The notes under the pieces: generated by a model | Told to the model about the DNA's origin: nothing | The model's database searches: none | Seen by the model: the letters and a program-made list of their open reading frames with translations, nothing else | Part shown: piece after piece, positions 26,024-35,247 of the stretch | Position numbering within the stretch: position 1 is the first letter of the stretch | Layout of the letters: every line of letters begins with the position of its first letter | Made by a program: the position numbers and the translations under genes | Assembly: GCA_964418365.1 (NCBI GenBank) | Contig: CAYQLM010000004.1 | Location: 1 to 55,596, forward strand | Direction of reading: 5' to 3' | DNA length: 55,596 nucleotides | Origin: an uncultured Dehalococcoidia bacterium | GTDB taxonomy: Bacteria > Chloroflexota > Dehalococcoidia > DSTF01 > RBG-16-68-14

Positions 26024-27259
26024 TCAGGAGGCCAGCGCGAGCTCGGACCGGTCCGGCAGCCGCTCCAGCGCCGCCGCAGGCTCCGGCCAGCGCCGCACGA
26101 ACAGCGAGTACGACGCCATGACGAGCAGCGCCATGAGCGAGACGCCCCAGAGGCTGAGCGACCAGAGCATCGTCACTGCGACGAGCGGGTAGAGTACGAA
26201 CTTGACGTTGTCGACCGGCCGGGCGCTCGACTGGCTATCGAGCAGGTAGAGCCCCGCCGCGCCGATGAGCAGCACGAGGCTCTGGACGTGCACGTGCGGC
26301 GAATACAGCAGCGGCAGCGTGAACGCCAGCGCCCACGACTGCGCGTGCAGCGCCGGACGCTCTCGCCAGACGCGCACAGCGACATACAGCGCCACGCTCG
26401 CGATCAGCGTCAGCAACGGCAGCCAGAGCAACACGTTCGACGAGCCGGTGAGGCTGGTCACGGTGCCGCGGATATTGATCATCATCGCCGCGCTCACGTC
26501 GTAGCTGTTCGCCGTGTGCGTGTACGACAGCACGAGCCGCGCCTGATCGATCAGCAGGTGCGGGCCGAACAGCAACGCCGGCGCGATGAGCAGCGGCACG
26601 CCAACTGTCGCCAGCCCGGCGAGCGCGCGGTACTGACCCTTCACGAGCAGCAGCAGCACGCCAGCCGCCGCCAGGTGCGGCTTGCAGAGCGCCAGCGCGA
26701 GCACCGACCCGGCCGTGAACGGCCGCTCGGCGCGCAGCAGCGCATAGCATCCTGCGAAACCGGCGAAGACGAACAGATCCACCTGGCCCTGCATCAGCAC
26801 CTCGAGCGCTGTGATCGAGAGCGCGCAGACGAGGAAGACGGCGCGCAGCGGCACGGGGACGCTCTCGAGCCAGCGCCAGCTCAGGCGCAGCAGCACGGCG
26901 ACAAGCGCCACGTTCACCAGCAGCCAGACCAGGAAGCTGGCGGCGAACGAAAGCTTCGTCAGCGGCGCGATCGCAAGCGCGACGTACGCCGGCAGCGGGT
27001 AGCCCATCGGGTTCGTGCCGTGGAAGAGCTGTCGCTGGAGCGCGGCCTGCGCCTCCGGGTCGTACAGGTGCGAGGCGTGGCCGGTGCGAACCAGCGTGCC
27101 GCCGGTGTAGAACGAGATCCAGTCGCCGACGATATGCCCGCGCCACATCACCGCGACGACGGTCGCGAGGCCGATGACATCGATCAGGAGCACGCCGGCG
27201 ACGAAGATCGCGAGGCCGGCTGGGATGGCAGCGGATCGAGAAGCGGTGCGGGTCACCAT
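26024..27259 (-). CDS. Glycosyltransferase family 87-like membrane protein (paralog)
   Basis: DWISFYTGG, YPLP, QGQVDLF, CKPHL, SPHVH; start MVTRT behind AGGAG. Confidence 0.8.
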   Translation of the reverse strand: MVTRTASRSAAIPAGLAIFVAGVLLIDVIGLATVVAVMWRGHIVGDWISFYTGGTLVRTGHASHLYDPEAQAALQRQLFHGTNPMGYPLPAYVALAIAPLTKLSFAASFLVWLLVNVALVAVLLRLSWRWLESVPVPLRAVFLVCALSITALEVLMQGQVDLFVFAGFAGCYALLRAERPFTAGSVLALALCKPHLAAAGVLLLLVKGQYRALAGLATVGVPLLIAPALLFGPHLLIDQARLVLSYTHTANSYDVSAAMMINIRGTVTSLTGSSNVLLWLPLLTLIASVALYVAVRVWRERPALHAQSWALAFTLPLLYSPHVHVQSLVLLIGAAGLYLLDSQSSARPVDNVKFVLYPLVAVTMLWSLSLWGVSLMALLVMASYSLFVRRWPEPAAALERLPDRSELALAS

Positions 27260-27314
27260 GGCTCCTACCAACCATGATCGGCTGATGGAACGCACCGCTA
27301 CAATTGGAATCGAG

Positions 27315-27809
27315 ATGGCGACCGCGACTCAGCGCCGGAACGACTGGCTTCGCCTCGATGACACGGCGCTGCTCCGGCAGTGCCGTGAGGAGCGCTACCG
27401 GGCGAGCGGCCCCGGCGGCCAGCGCCGGAACAAGGTGGAGACGGCCGTCCGGCTGCACCACGAGCCCAGCGGGCTGAGCGCCCACGGCCAGGAGTCGCGC
27501 TCCACGCAGGAGAACCGCCTGCGCGCGCTGCGGCGTCTGCGGGAGCGCATCGCGATCGAGCTGCGTCAGCCTTTCGACTTGGAGACGCCGGCACTCCCGC
27601 CGGAGCTCACAGCGCAGCGCGGCACGGACGGCAAGCTCGCGATCAACGCGCGGAACGCGAACTATCCGCTCGTGCTGGCGACAGCGCTCGATGCGCTGAC
27701 TGCCGCGGGCGGCAGCTACGCGAAAGCGGCGAAGGCGCTCGGCATCACGACGAGCCAGCTGCTGCGCTTCTTGCGCAACGATCCGGCAGCGTGGCGTTCG
27801 ATCAGCTAG
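27315..27809 (+). CDS. Peptide chain release factor-like protein (GGQ domain with C-terminal HTH-like segment)
   Basis: RASGPGGQRRNKVETAVRL..ESRSTQENR..A; C-terminal YAKAAKALGITTSQLLRFL. Confidence 0.8.
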   Translation: MATATQRRNDWLRLDDTALLRQCREERYRASGPGGQRRNKVETAVRLHHEPSGLSAHGQESRSTQENRLRALRRLRERIAIELRQPFDLETPALPPELTAQRGTDGKLAINARNANYPLVLATALDALTAAGGSYAKAAKALGITTSQLLRFLRNDPAAWRSIS

Positions 27810-28107
27810 TAGGTGGGCTCTCTTCGCTTCGACCGAGCAACCGCGAGACGGTTCGCACGGCGCTGATCAGCACGATCGCGCCGCCGAAGAAGACGACGAC
27901 GAGGACCAGCAGCGCGCAACGCACGATAGCAAGCAACCAGAAGCCGGCGAACACCAGCGGCCCAATCGGCAGCTTGGGCAGCGCTTCGGCTCCCTGGCGG
28001 AACGAGCTGCCGATCATAATGGTCTCTCCGCGCACCATGTCGAAGAAGTCACGCAGGTTGACCGAGCTGAAGAGCTGTCGCCAGCCGAAGGTGCGTCGTT
28101 CCACCAC
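27802..28107 (-). CDS. Small membrane protein
   Basis: 101 aa with a long hydrophobic stretch; AAGGA SD. Confidence 0.55.
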   Translation of the reverse strand: MVERRTFGWRQLFSSVNLRDFFDMVRGETIMIGSSFRQGAEALPKLPIGPLVFAGFWLLAIVRCALLVLVVVFFGGAIVLISAVRTVSRLLGRSEESPPTS

Positions 28108-28308
28108 CGATTCCTTTCGCGCGCTGAGGCTAACGCAGGACGGGAGTCAAGTTCAAGGTAGAACTCACGTGCGAAGAAATAACACTCGCTAGTTGCCTCC
28201 CCGAGAGAACTTGTGATACCATTAGTTATCCAAGTCCAGGTCTCGCTTGCAGCGATTCGTTCGCCACGCACCCGACGACCAGGAACATGCAAAAGGAGAG
28301 GTCGTCGA

Positions 28309-28647
28309 GTGTACACAGACAAAACCCTAACCTGTCAGGACTGCGGGCAGCAGTTCACCTTTACTGGCGAGGAGCAGGAGTTCTTCTCCAGTAAGGGCTA
28401 CACCGAGCCCAAGCGCTGTCCCAACTGTCGCCAGGCCCGAAAGGCCGAGCGTGGCGGCGGCGGTGGCGGTGGCGGTGGCTATCGAGGGGGCGGTGGCGGC
28501 GGCGGTGGTGGCTATCGCGAGATGTTCCCGGCCACCTGCGCCGAGTGCGGTCGCCAGACCGAGGTTCCCTTTGAGCCTCGGAACGACCGGCCCGTCTACT
28601 GTCGCGATTGCTTTTCGCGCCGGCAGACGACGCGCAGCCCGCGCTAA
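28309..28647 (+). CDS. Zinc-ribbon / CxxC-x17-CxxC protein with Gly-rich linker
   Basis: DKTLTCQDCG..F..EQEFF..KG..PKRCPNCR; CAECG..VPF.P...RPVYCRDCF; GTG start. Confidence 0.88.
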   Translation: MYTDKTLTCQDCGQQFTFTGEEQEFFSSKGYTEPKRCPNCRQARKAERGGGGGGGGGYRGGGGGGGGGYREMFPATCAECGRQTEVPFEPRNDRPVYCRDCFSRRQTTRSPR

Positions 28648-30134
28648 GTTTCCGGAGACGCCTGTTTCGCCGGCGGCGGCTGCAGCTCTGCAGCCGCCGC
28701 CGGTAGGCTGATCGTGAAGGCGATTTCTTCATCGTGAAGAGCGGCCGTTAGCGTACCGCCATGCACCTCGACCAGCTCGCGTGCAATCGCCAGCCCTAGG
28801 CCGGTGCCCGCACGCGCGTGCTCGTTGCCGCGCGTGCGGTCGCGACGGTAGAACCGCTCGAATAGGCGCGGCAGCTCGTCCGCTGCGATATCCGGCGCGC
28901 TGTTCTTCACCTCGATGCACACCCGGCCGTTCGACGCGTAGTCGCGTACGTGGATCTCCCCGCCCGTCGGCGTGTACTTGCGGGCGTTGTCCAGCAGATT
29001 TTCCACCGCGCGCTCGATGCGCGGGCCGTCGGCGTTCACCGTGAGGCCGGCCGGCAGTTCCGCCGTTAGATCGACGCCCCGCGCCTCGGCGCCCGCCCGG
29101 AAGCGGTCCAGCGCGCCGCCGACGAGCCGGCTCAGATCGATCTCGTCCCTCTGCAAGATCAGCTGGCCGGACTCGAGCTCTGCCAGGTAGAGCAGGTCGT
29201 TCAGCCGAGCGCTCAGCCGGGTCGCCTCGTCGTAGATCACCGCGCCGACGCGCCGCGCTTCCTCGTCGCCCTGAGCCCCGCCATCGCGCAACGCCTGCGC
29301 GAAGCCCAGGATGGACGTCAGCGGCGTCTTCAGATCGTGCGAAACGTTCGCGACCAGCGCGCGCATCTGCGCATGCGTCTCCCCGACGCGTCGCGCCATG
29401 ACTGAGAACGTCTGCGCCAACCGGCCGACTTCGTCGCGCCGGTCGACCGAGACCTCCACGTCATAGACGCCTTCGGCCATGCTCTGCGACGCAAGTGTGA
29501 GCTGTTGGAGTGGCCGCGAAATGTAGTTGGCGACGAGGATACCGAGCAGCACCGCGATGGGCAGCGCGATCGCCGTCGCGATGCCGGCTTGCGGCAGGAG
29601 CCCGCGCCAGGCGTTTGCGATGGATTCCCTGGGTACGGCAAGAAGAAGGGTGTACGGATCAGCAGCCGTGGGACCGCCGCGCAGGATAGGGCTCAATAGG
29701 ATCAGGCCACCGCCGGGCGTCCCCGCTGGAGCCTCCCAAGAGATGAAGGATGCTCGGGGCCCCCGGCGTTCAACGTCGCTCGGCATTGGTACGTCTAGCT
29801 TCTGTCCCGTCAACCCGTCACCCGTGTTGCTATCCAACGCGATGAGCCCGGTCGAACGTTCGACCATCAATATCCGAAGGTTGTACTGCTTGGCCGCCCC
29901 GTACAAGTAATTGGCCAATTCGGAAGTCGCGCCCAGGCTCTCGTAATGCGTGTAGTTGATGAAGATGACAGGCGAGGCCACGATCGCTCGGTTCAGCGCC
30001 TCCTTGCGCTCGTCGCCGCGCCGGACGGCGACAAAAGTACTGCCTGCGATGGCGAGCGCCGCCAGGGCAACGAGCGAGAAGGCGATAATGAGCTTCGTTC
30101 GCAGCCCGAACAGCAGGTCGCCCGGGGAGGCCAT
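28644..30134 (-). CDS. HAMP sensor histidine kinase
   Basis: Two TMs, HAMP, NVSHDLKTPLTSI, NLLDNARKY, GTGLGLAIA. Confidence 0.92.
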   Translation of the reverse strand: MASPGDLLFGLRTKLIIAFSLVALAALAIAGSTFVAVRRGDERKEALNRAIVASPVIFINYTHYESLGATSELANYLYGAAKQYNLRILMVERSTGLIALDSNTGDGLTGQKLDVPMPSDVERRGPRASFISWEAPAGTPGGGLILLSPILRGGPTAADPYTLLLAVPRESIANAWRGLLPQAGIATAIALPIAVLLGILVANYISRPLQQLTLASQSMAEGVYDVEVSVDRRDEVGRLAQTFSVMARRVGETHAQMRALVANVSHDLKTPLTSILGFAQALRDGGAQGDEEARRVGAVIYDEATRLSARLNDLLYLAELESGQLILQRDEIDLSRLVGGALDRFRAGAEARGVDLTAELPAGLTVNADGPRIERAVENLLDNARKYTPTGGEIHVRDYASNGRVCIEVKNSAPDIAADELPRLFERFYRRDRTRGNEHARAGTGLGLAIARELVEVHGGTLTAALHDEEIAFTISLPAAAAELQPPPAKQASPET

Positions 30135-30135
30135 G

Positions 30136-30879
30136 CTAGGCTCGCTTCAGCGCGGAGTCCGTTCCCGTGGACAGCCGGTAGCCGGTGCCCCACACCGTCT
30201 CGATGTGCAATTTGCTGTCCCTGATCTTGTCGCGCAGACGCGCGACGTGCACGTCGACGGTACGCAGTGCGTAAAACGAGGTGCCCCAGACAAGGTCGAG
30301 GAGCTGCTCGCGGCCCAGCACGATGTCCGGGAAGCGCACGAACGTCGTCAGCAGATCGAACTCGCGCGGCGTGAGCTGGACGGCGCGGCCGTTTACCTCA
30401 GCCTTCCGTTTGGCGAGGTCCATGTCGATACCGTCCAAGGAGAGGCGCTCCGGCTTGGGCTCCGCCGTGCCGGTGCTGCTGCGACGCAAGATCGCCTCGA
30501 TGCGCGCGAGCAGCTCCTCCGGGTTGAAGGGCTTCGTGACGTAGTCGTCCGCGCCGAAGCGCAGACCCGCGATTTTGTCGATATCGGACGTGCGCGCGGT
30601 GAGCAGAACGATGGGCATATCGCTTCGCTTGCGCAGGCTGCGACACACCTGCAGGCCGTCCGGCCCCGGCATCATGACGTCGAGCACCAGCAGCGAGGGG
30701 TGGAGCTCGTTGACCTGGCGCAGCGTCTCCTCGCCGTCATACGCCGCCTGCACGCGGTAGCCCGCGTTCCGCAGGTAGAGCGACACCAACTCGACGATGT
30801 GCTCGTCGTCGTCCGCCACGAGGATCAGGTCTTCCTTGTCGGTCTCGTGTGTCGTTGTTGGGGAAGTCATAGCCGTCAT
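30136..30879 (-). CDS. OmpR-family response regulator
   Basis: VADDD, LDVMMPG, GADDYVTKPF, RTVDVHVARLR, IETVWGTGY. Confidence 0.94.
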   Translation of the reverse strand: MTAMTSPTTTHETDKEDLILVADDDEHIVELVSLYLRNAGYRVQAAYDGEETLRQVNELHPSLLVLDVMMPGPDGLQVCRSLRKRSDMPIVLLTARTSDIDKIAGLRFGADDYVTKPFNPEELLARIEAILRRSSTGTAEPKPERLSLDGIDMDLAKRKAEVNGRAVQLTPREFDLLTTFVRFPDIVLGREQLLDLVWGTSFYALRTVDVHVARLRDKIRDSKLHIETVWGTGYRLSTGTDSALKRA

Positions 30880-30906
30880 CTCAGTATACGCCTCCGAACG
30901 AGGGGC

Positions 30907-30929
30907 GAGGGAGGCTTGGCGCCTCCCTC
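30907..30929. terminator. Stem-loop between the secreted-protein gene and the regulator
   Basis: GAGGGAGGC-TTGGC-GCCTCCCTC. Confidence 0.45.
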
Positions 30930-30956
30930 ACTCCATACACGCCGGCTACCGGTGGC

Positions 30957-31754
30957 TTAGCGGCTGCTCGGGCTGGCGGTGCTGCTGTTGTTTGAAGGCG
31001 AGCCGTCGTCAGGCACCTCCTTATCACCGTCGCGCCACTTCCCGAAGCCGGCGTTGTTGATCGCGCTGTTGATCCGGTCCTTCGCATTGCTCAGAATGTT
31101 GTCCTCCCTGTCCTGCGTGATCCTGTTGTTCTGCACAGCCTGGTCGAGGTTGCTCTTGAGCTGCTCGTAGACGTAGCTCGAGAGCTCGTCGGCGGTCTTG
31201 CCGTGGTCCTGCGCGATCTGCGCCAGCGTCTCGTTGTTCTTCAGCGCGTCGATCACGGTCTGCCGGTCGACCCCCAGCAAGCCCGCCGTCTGCTTAACCA
31301 GGTCACCGCCCGGGCTGCGTTCGCAGCCGGGGCCGCGGCCGTGACGTCCCATGAACGGAAATAACGGCGCGTCACCGCTCTTCATCTTCGTCTTGATCTT
31401 GTCCGCCTCGGCCTGCGTGATCTTGCCGTCGGCGACAGCCTGGTCGAGCATCTGCCCGCCCGTGGTCGTCAGCGCCTGCTTCAGCTGATCGACGCTGATG
31501 CCGAGGTTCGCGGCCAGCTTGCTCAAGAAGTCATCGAGCAGCTGCTGCTTCTTGCCGGGCGTCGCAGCGCTCGGCGTCGAGCTGCTCGGCGTGCTCGATG
31601 CGGCCGTCGCCGTCGAGTTGTCCGCTGTTGCGGTCGCGCTCTGAGTCGGTGTCGACGTGCCGCCGCCCGTCTGGGCAACGACGATGCCGGCGGCCACGCC
31701 CGCCAGCGCGAGCAATGCGGCCACCAGCACTCCTACTTTCCAGAACCGTGTCAT
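30957..31754 (-). CDS. Secreted helical protein of unknown function
   Basis: Signal peptide, S/T linker, repeated DQAV.(D/N).ITQ motif, LAQIAQDHG. Confidence 0.75.
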   Translation of the reverse strand: MTRFWKVGVLVAALLALAGVAAGIVVAQTGGGTSTPTQSATATADNSTATAASSTPSSSTPSAATPGKKQQLLDDFLSKLAANLGISVDQLKQALTTTGGQMLDQAVADGKITQAEADKIKTKMKSGDAPLFPFMGRHGRGPGCERSPGGDLVKQTAGLLGVDRQTVIDALKNNETLAQIAQDHGKTADELSSYVYEQLKSNLDQAVQNNRITQDREDNILSNAKDRINSAINNAGFGKWRDGDKEVPDDGSPSNNSSTASPSSR

Positions 31755-31846
31755 GCTAGGTCACGTCCTTTCTGCGCCCTTGTACTGCCAGGTTAACGCC
31801 CCTCGTCTGGAGAAGTCGTTTCGGAAGTGTGACAGCCTGTGCAAAT

Positions 31847-31889
31847 TGTGAACTCCGTCACAGAAGCCGGCCGCATGGCAGAGTATCCT
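31847..31889 (+). promoter_or_regulatory. CRP-type site plus -10 element (class II geometry)
   Basis: TGTGA-ACTCCG-TCACA (31847-31862); TATCCT at 31884-31889. Confidence 0.65.
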
Positions 31890-31919
31890 GATGAAGGCCA
31901 GTACGCGGGGAGGCACCAG

Positions 31920-34151
31920 ATGAGGTCACTAGCAAGTACGGAAGGTCTGGCGCGGCTCGCCGCCAGGCATCCCTGGCGCACCATCGCGCTATGGGTGGGG
32001 CTGTTTCTGCTTTCCGGCTTCTTGATCACGAAATTGCTGTCGGGGGCGCTCACAACCGACGCAGACATCACGACGAACCCGGAGTCGAAACAGGCACGCG
32101 CGCTCATCGAGCAGCGGCTGCGCGGGCCCCAGCGTGACAACGAGATCGTCATCGTGCAATCGACGAACGTGACGGTGGACGATCCGGCGTTCCGCCAAGT
32201 CGTCGAGGGGCTGGATCGCGACATCACCGCGCTCGGGCCAAACGTCATCGCCAGCGGCGCGAATTACTACCAGCGTGGCGACCAATCGCTCGTCTCCAGC
32301 GACCGGCACACGAGCATCATGCTCTTCGCCATGGCCGGCACCGCCCAAGATGCCAGTGACCATATCGATAGGGTGCTCAAGGCCGTCCATGGGGCGAGGG
32401 GCGGTGGCTTCACTGTCCTGATCGCCGGTCCAGCCAGCATGGGTGAGAACTTCCAGGATGTTGCGCAAAAGGACCTGGAGACGGGCGAAGCCTTCGGCAT
32501 TCCAATCGCACTGATCATTCTTGCTGTGGTGTTCGGCGCCATTGCGGCATCGATCATTCCGATTGTGCTGGCAGTGGTGGCGATCGTCTTGGCCATCGCC
32601 GGCGTTGCGCTGCTCGGCTTGCAGTTCCAGTTCTCCTTCTTCGTCACCAACGTGATCACCATGATCGGTCTGGCGGTAGGCATCGATTACTCCCTGTTCT
32701 TCGTCTCGCGCTACCGAGAAGAGCGGCAGCACGGCCTCGACAAGGAGCAAGCGATCGCCCGCACCGGAGCGACGGCGGGTCGCACGGTGTTCTTCAGCGG
32801 CATGACAGTCGTGATTGCACTGCTGGGTATGCTCATCGTGCCTCAGACGATCTTCCGCAGCATTGCCGCAGGTTCGGTCCTCGTCGCGCTGATGGCGGTC
32901 GCAGCATCGATGACGTTGCTGCCCGCGGTCCTGAGCCTGCTAGGCGACAAGGTGAATTGGGGCCGCATTCCCTTAGTCCAGCGCGGTCCAGCCCAGTTCG
33001 ATGAGCAGCGTCCGGGCGGCTTCTGGGACCGTCTTGCGCGGACCGTGATGCGCCATCCTGTGCTGTTCTTCGTCACGGCAGCCGCGTTGCTGATCGCGGC
33101 GGCCATCCCCTATACGAAGATCAACACCGGCTTCGCCGGAATCAGCACGCTTCCCGATAGCCTGGAGGCCAAGCAGGGGTTCCTCATCCTCGATCGGGAG
33201 TTCTCAGCCGGCCTCATCGCTCCGGCACAGGTCGTGATCGATGGCGACGTGAGCTCGCCCCAGGTGCAGGCAGCGGTGCAGCGCCTTCAGTCGATCCTGG
33301 CAGGCGACCCGAGGTTCGGTAAGCCCGCCTACGAGGCAAACTCCGCCGGTGACCTGGCGCTGGTCGAGGTGCCCGTCTCCGGAGACCCGAACAGCAATGA
33401 AGCCGAAGATGCAGTGCGAACGCTTCGGCATCACTACGTCCCACAGGCGTTCGAGGGTGTGCCGGCCAGGACGCTGGTGGGCGGCGCCATCGCGTCGAAC
33501 CTGGACGGCTTCGCTATGCTGGCCCGCTACACGCCGATCGTCTTCGTCTTCGTGCTCGGGCTGAGCTTTATCCTGCTGCTAGTCGTGTTCCGATCGGTCG
33601 TGGTGCCGATCAAGGCCGTGATCATGAACCTGCTCTCCGTGGGCGCGGCGTACGGGCTGCTGGTTCTCGTCACGCAGGAAGGTGTGGGCGCTGGCCTGTT
33701 CGGATTCCAGCAAGTTGAGAGCATCGAAGCCTGGCTCCCCATCTTCCTGTTCGCCATCTTGTTCGGACTTTCGATGGACTACCATGTCTTCTTGTTGAGC
33801 CGCATTCGAGAGCACTACGACTACACCCACGACAATACGGAAGCCGTCGTGTTTGGCGTGCGCTCTACGGGACGGCTGATCACCGGCGCAGCGCTGATTA
33901 TGGTGGCGGTCTTCGGGGGGTTTGCCGCGGGAAACCTCGTCATGTTCCAGGAGATGGGCTTCGGCGCCGGCGTCGCCGTCTTGATCGACGCGACGATCGT
34001 GCGTTCGATCCTCGTACCGGCCAGCATGAGGCTGCTCGGCGACTGGAACTGGTACTTGCCGGGATGGCTCCACTGGCTACCGGACGTGCGTGTAGAAACG
34101 CCAGCTGCTGCGCCCGCGGCGCAACCGATGGCTGGTGGGGCGAAGCAGTAA
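31920..34151 (+). CDS. MMPL family (RND) transporter
   Basis: GLAVGIDYSLF..RYREE, FGLSMDYHVFLLSRIRE, GRLITGAALIM, DATIVR. Confidence 0.93.
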   Translation: MRSLASTEGLARLAARHPWRTIALWVGLFLLSGFLITKLLSGALTTDADITTNPESKQARALIEQRLRGPQRDNEIVIVQSTNVTVDDPAFRQVVEGLDRDITALGPNVIASGANYYQRGDQSLVSSDRHTSIMLFAMAGTAQDASDHIDRVLKAVHGARGGGFTVLIAGPASMGENFQDVAQKDLETGEAFGIPIALIILAVVFGAIAASIIPIVLAVVAIVLAIAGVALLGLQFQFSFFVTNVITMIGLAVGIDYSLFFVSRYREERQHGLDKEQAIARTGATAGRTVFFSGMTVVIALLGMLIVPQTIFRSIAAGSVLVALMAVAASMTLLPAVLSLLGDKVNWGRIPLVQRGPAQFDEQRPGGFWDRLARTVMRHPVLFFVTAAALLIAAAIPYTKINTGFAGISTLPDSLEAKQGFLILDREFSAGLIAPAQVVIDGDVSSPQVQAAVQRLQSILAGDPRFGKPAYEANSAGDLALVEVPVSGDPNSNEAEDAVRTLRHHYVPQAFEGVPARTLVGGAIASNLDGFAMLARYTPIVFVFVLGLSFILLLVVFRSVVVPIKAVIMNLLSVGAAYGLLVLVTQEGVGAGLFGFQQVESIEAWLPIFLFAILFGLSMDYHVFLLSRIREHYDYTHDNTEAVVFGVRSTGRLITGAALIMVAVFGGFAAGNLVMFQEMGFGAGVAVLIDATIVRSILVPASMRLLGDWNWYLPGWLHWLPDVRVETPAAAPAAQPMAGGAKQ

Positions 34152-34191
34152 ACACGTCGGGGAAGACAAGGGTGCGTATAATGCCAGCGAG

Positions 34192-35247
34192 ATGACCACC
34201 CAACCGGTTCGATTGACCAGCCTCGCCAATTGCGCCGGCTGCGCCGGCAAGGCCGGCATTGCCACGCTGGCAGAGGTGCTCGGGCCGCTCCAGGAGCGCT
34301 TCCGCGCAGCCGACTTCCCCGACCTCCTCGTCGGCATCGACGGGCCCGACGACGCCGCCGTCTACCGCATCTCAGACGACCTCGCCATGGTGGCGACCGT
34401 CGACTTCTTTCCCCCCGTCGTCGACGATCCGTACACCTTCGGTGCCGTCGCCGCCGCGAACGCGATGAGCGACGTCTACGCCATGGGCGGCGACGTGCTG
34501 TTCGCGCTGCAAGTCGCCGGCTTTCCGGAAGACCAGCCGGCCGCCGTGCTGGCAGATATCTTTCGCGGCGGCGCGGACAAGGTGCGCGAGGCAGGCGGCG
34601 CGATCGCCGGCGGCCACACGCTCATCGATGCGGAGCCGAAGTACGGGCTCTGCGTGACCGGCACGGTGCGGCCGGACGCGATCATGCGCAAGGGCGGCGC
34701 GCAGCCGGGCGACGTGCTGCTCCTGACGAAGGCACTCGGTACGGGCATCGTCCTCACGGCCGCGCGCGCGGACGAATGCGCGCCGGAGCACTTCGATGCC
34801 GCTGTGCAGAGCATGCTGCAGCTCAACCGCCATCCATCGCATCTCGCGCGGGAGGCGGGTGTGCGCGCCTGCACCGACGTCACGGGCTTCTCGCTGCTCG
34901 GCCACGCGGAGGAGATGGCGCGCGCCAGCGGCGTCTCCATCGTCATCGACGCGAGCGCGCTGCCCGTTCTGCCGGGCGCGCTCGACTACGCGCGACAGGG
35001 ACACATCACCGGCGGCGCAAACCGCAACCGCCTCGGACTCGAGGGCAAGGTCTCGATGGCGGGCAGAGTGCCGGAGGACATCGAGCACCTCTTGTTCGAT
35101 CCGCAGACCTCGGGCGGGCTGCTGATCGCGCTGGCGGCGGAGCGCGCCGGGGCGCTCGCCTCTGCGCTCGAACGCGACGGCTACATCGCCGCTCGCGTCG
35201 GGCGCGTCGAAGCCGGCGCGGGAGTTGTGGTTCGACCTATCCCCTAA
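34192..35247 (+). CDS. selD: Selenide, water dikinase (Cys form)
   Basis: CAGCAGK, DDAAVY, TVDFFPPVVDDP, ANAMSDVYAMGG, GGHT, TDVTGF, DPQTSGGLL; TATAAT 9 nt upstream of ATG. Confidence 0.95.
   Translation: MTTQPVRLTSLANCAGCAGKAGIATLAEVLGPLQERFRAADFPDLLVGIDGPDDAAVYRISDDLAMVATVDFFPPVVDDPYTFGAVAAANAMSDVYAMGGDVLFALQVAGFPEDQPAAVLADIFRGGADKVREAGGAIAGGHTLIDAEPKYGLCVTGTVRPDAIMRKGGAQPGDVLLLTKALGTGIVLTAARADECAPEHFDAAVQSMLQLNRHPSHLAREAGVRACTDVTGFSLLGHAEEMARASGVSIVIDASALPVLPGALDYARQGHITGGANRNRLGLEGKVSMAGRVPEDIEHLLFDPQTSGGLLIALAAERAGALASALERDGYIAARVGRVEAGAGVVVRPIP

Noticed and set aside
28450..28512. GGY triplet repeat
   Set aside because: Explained by the poly-Gly linker usual in this zinc-ribbon family.
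34192..34260. Possible selenocysteine in SelD
   Set aside because: Both active-site codons are TGC (CAGC). I saw no in-frame TGA readthrough candidate in the window.
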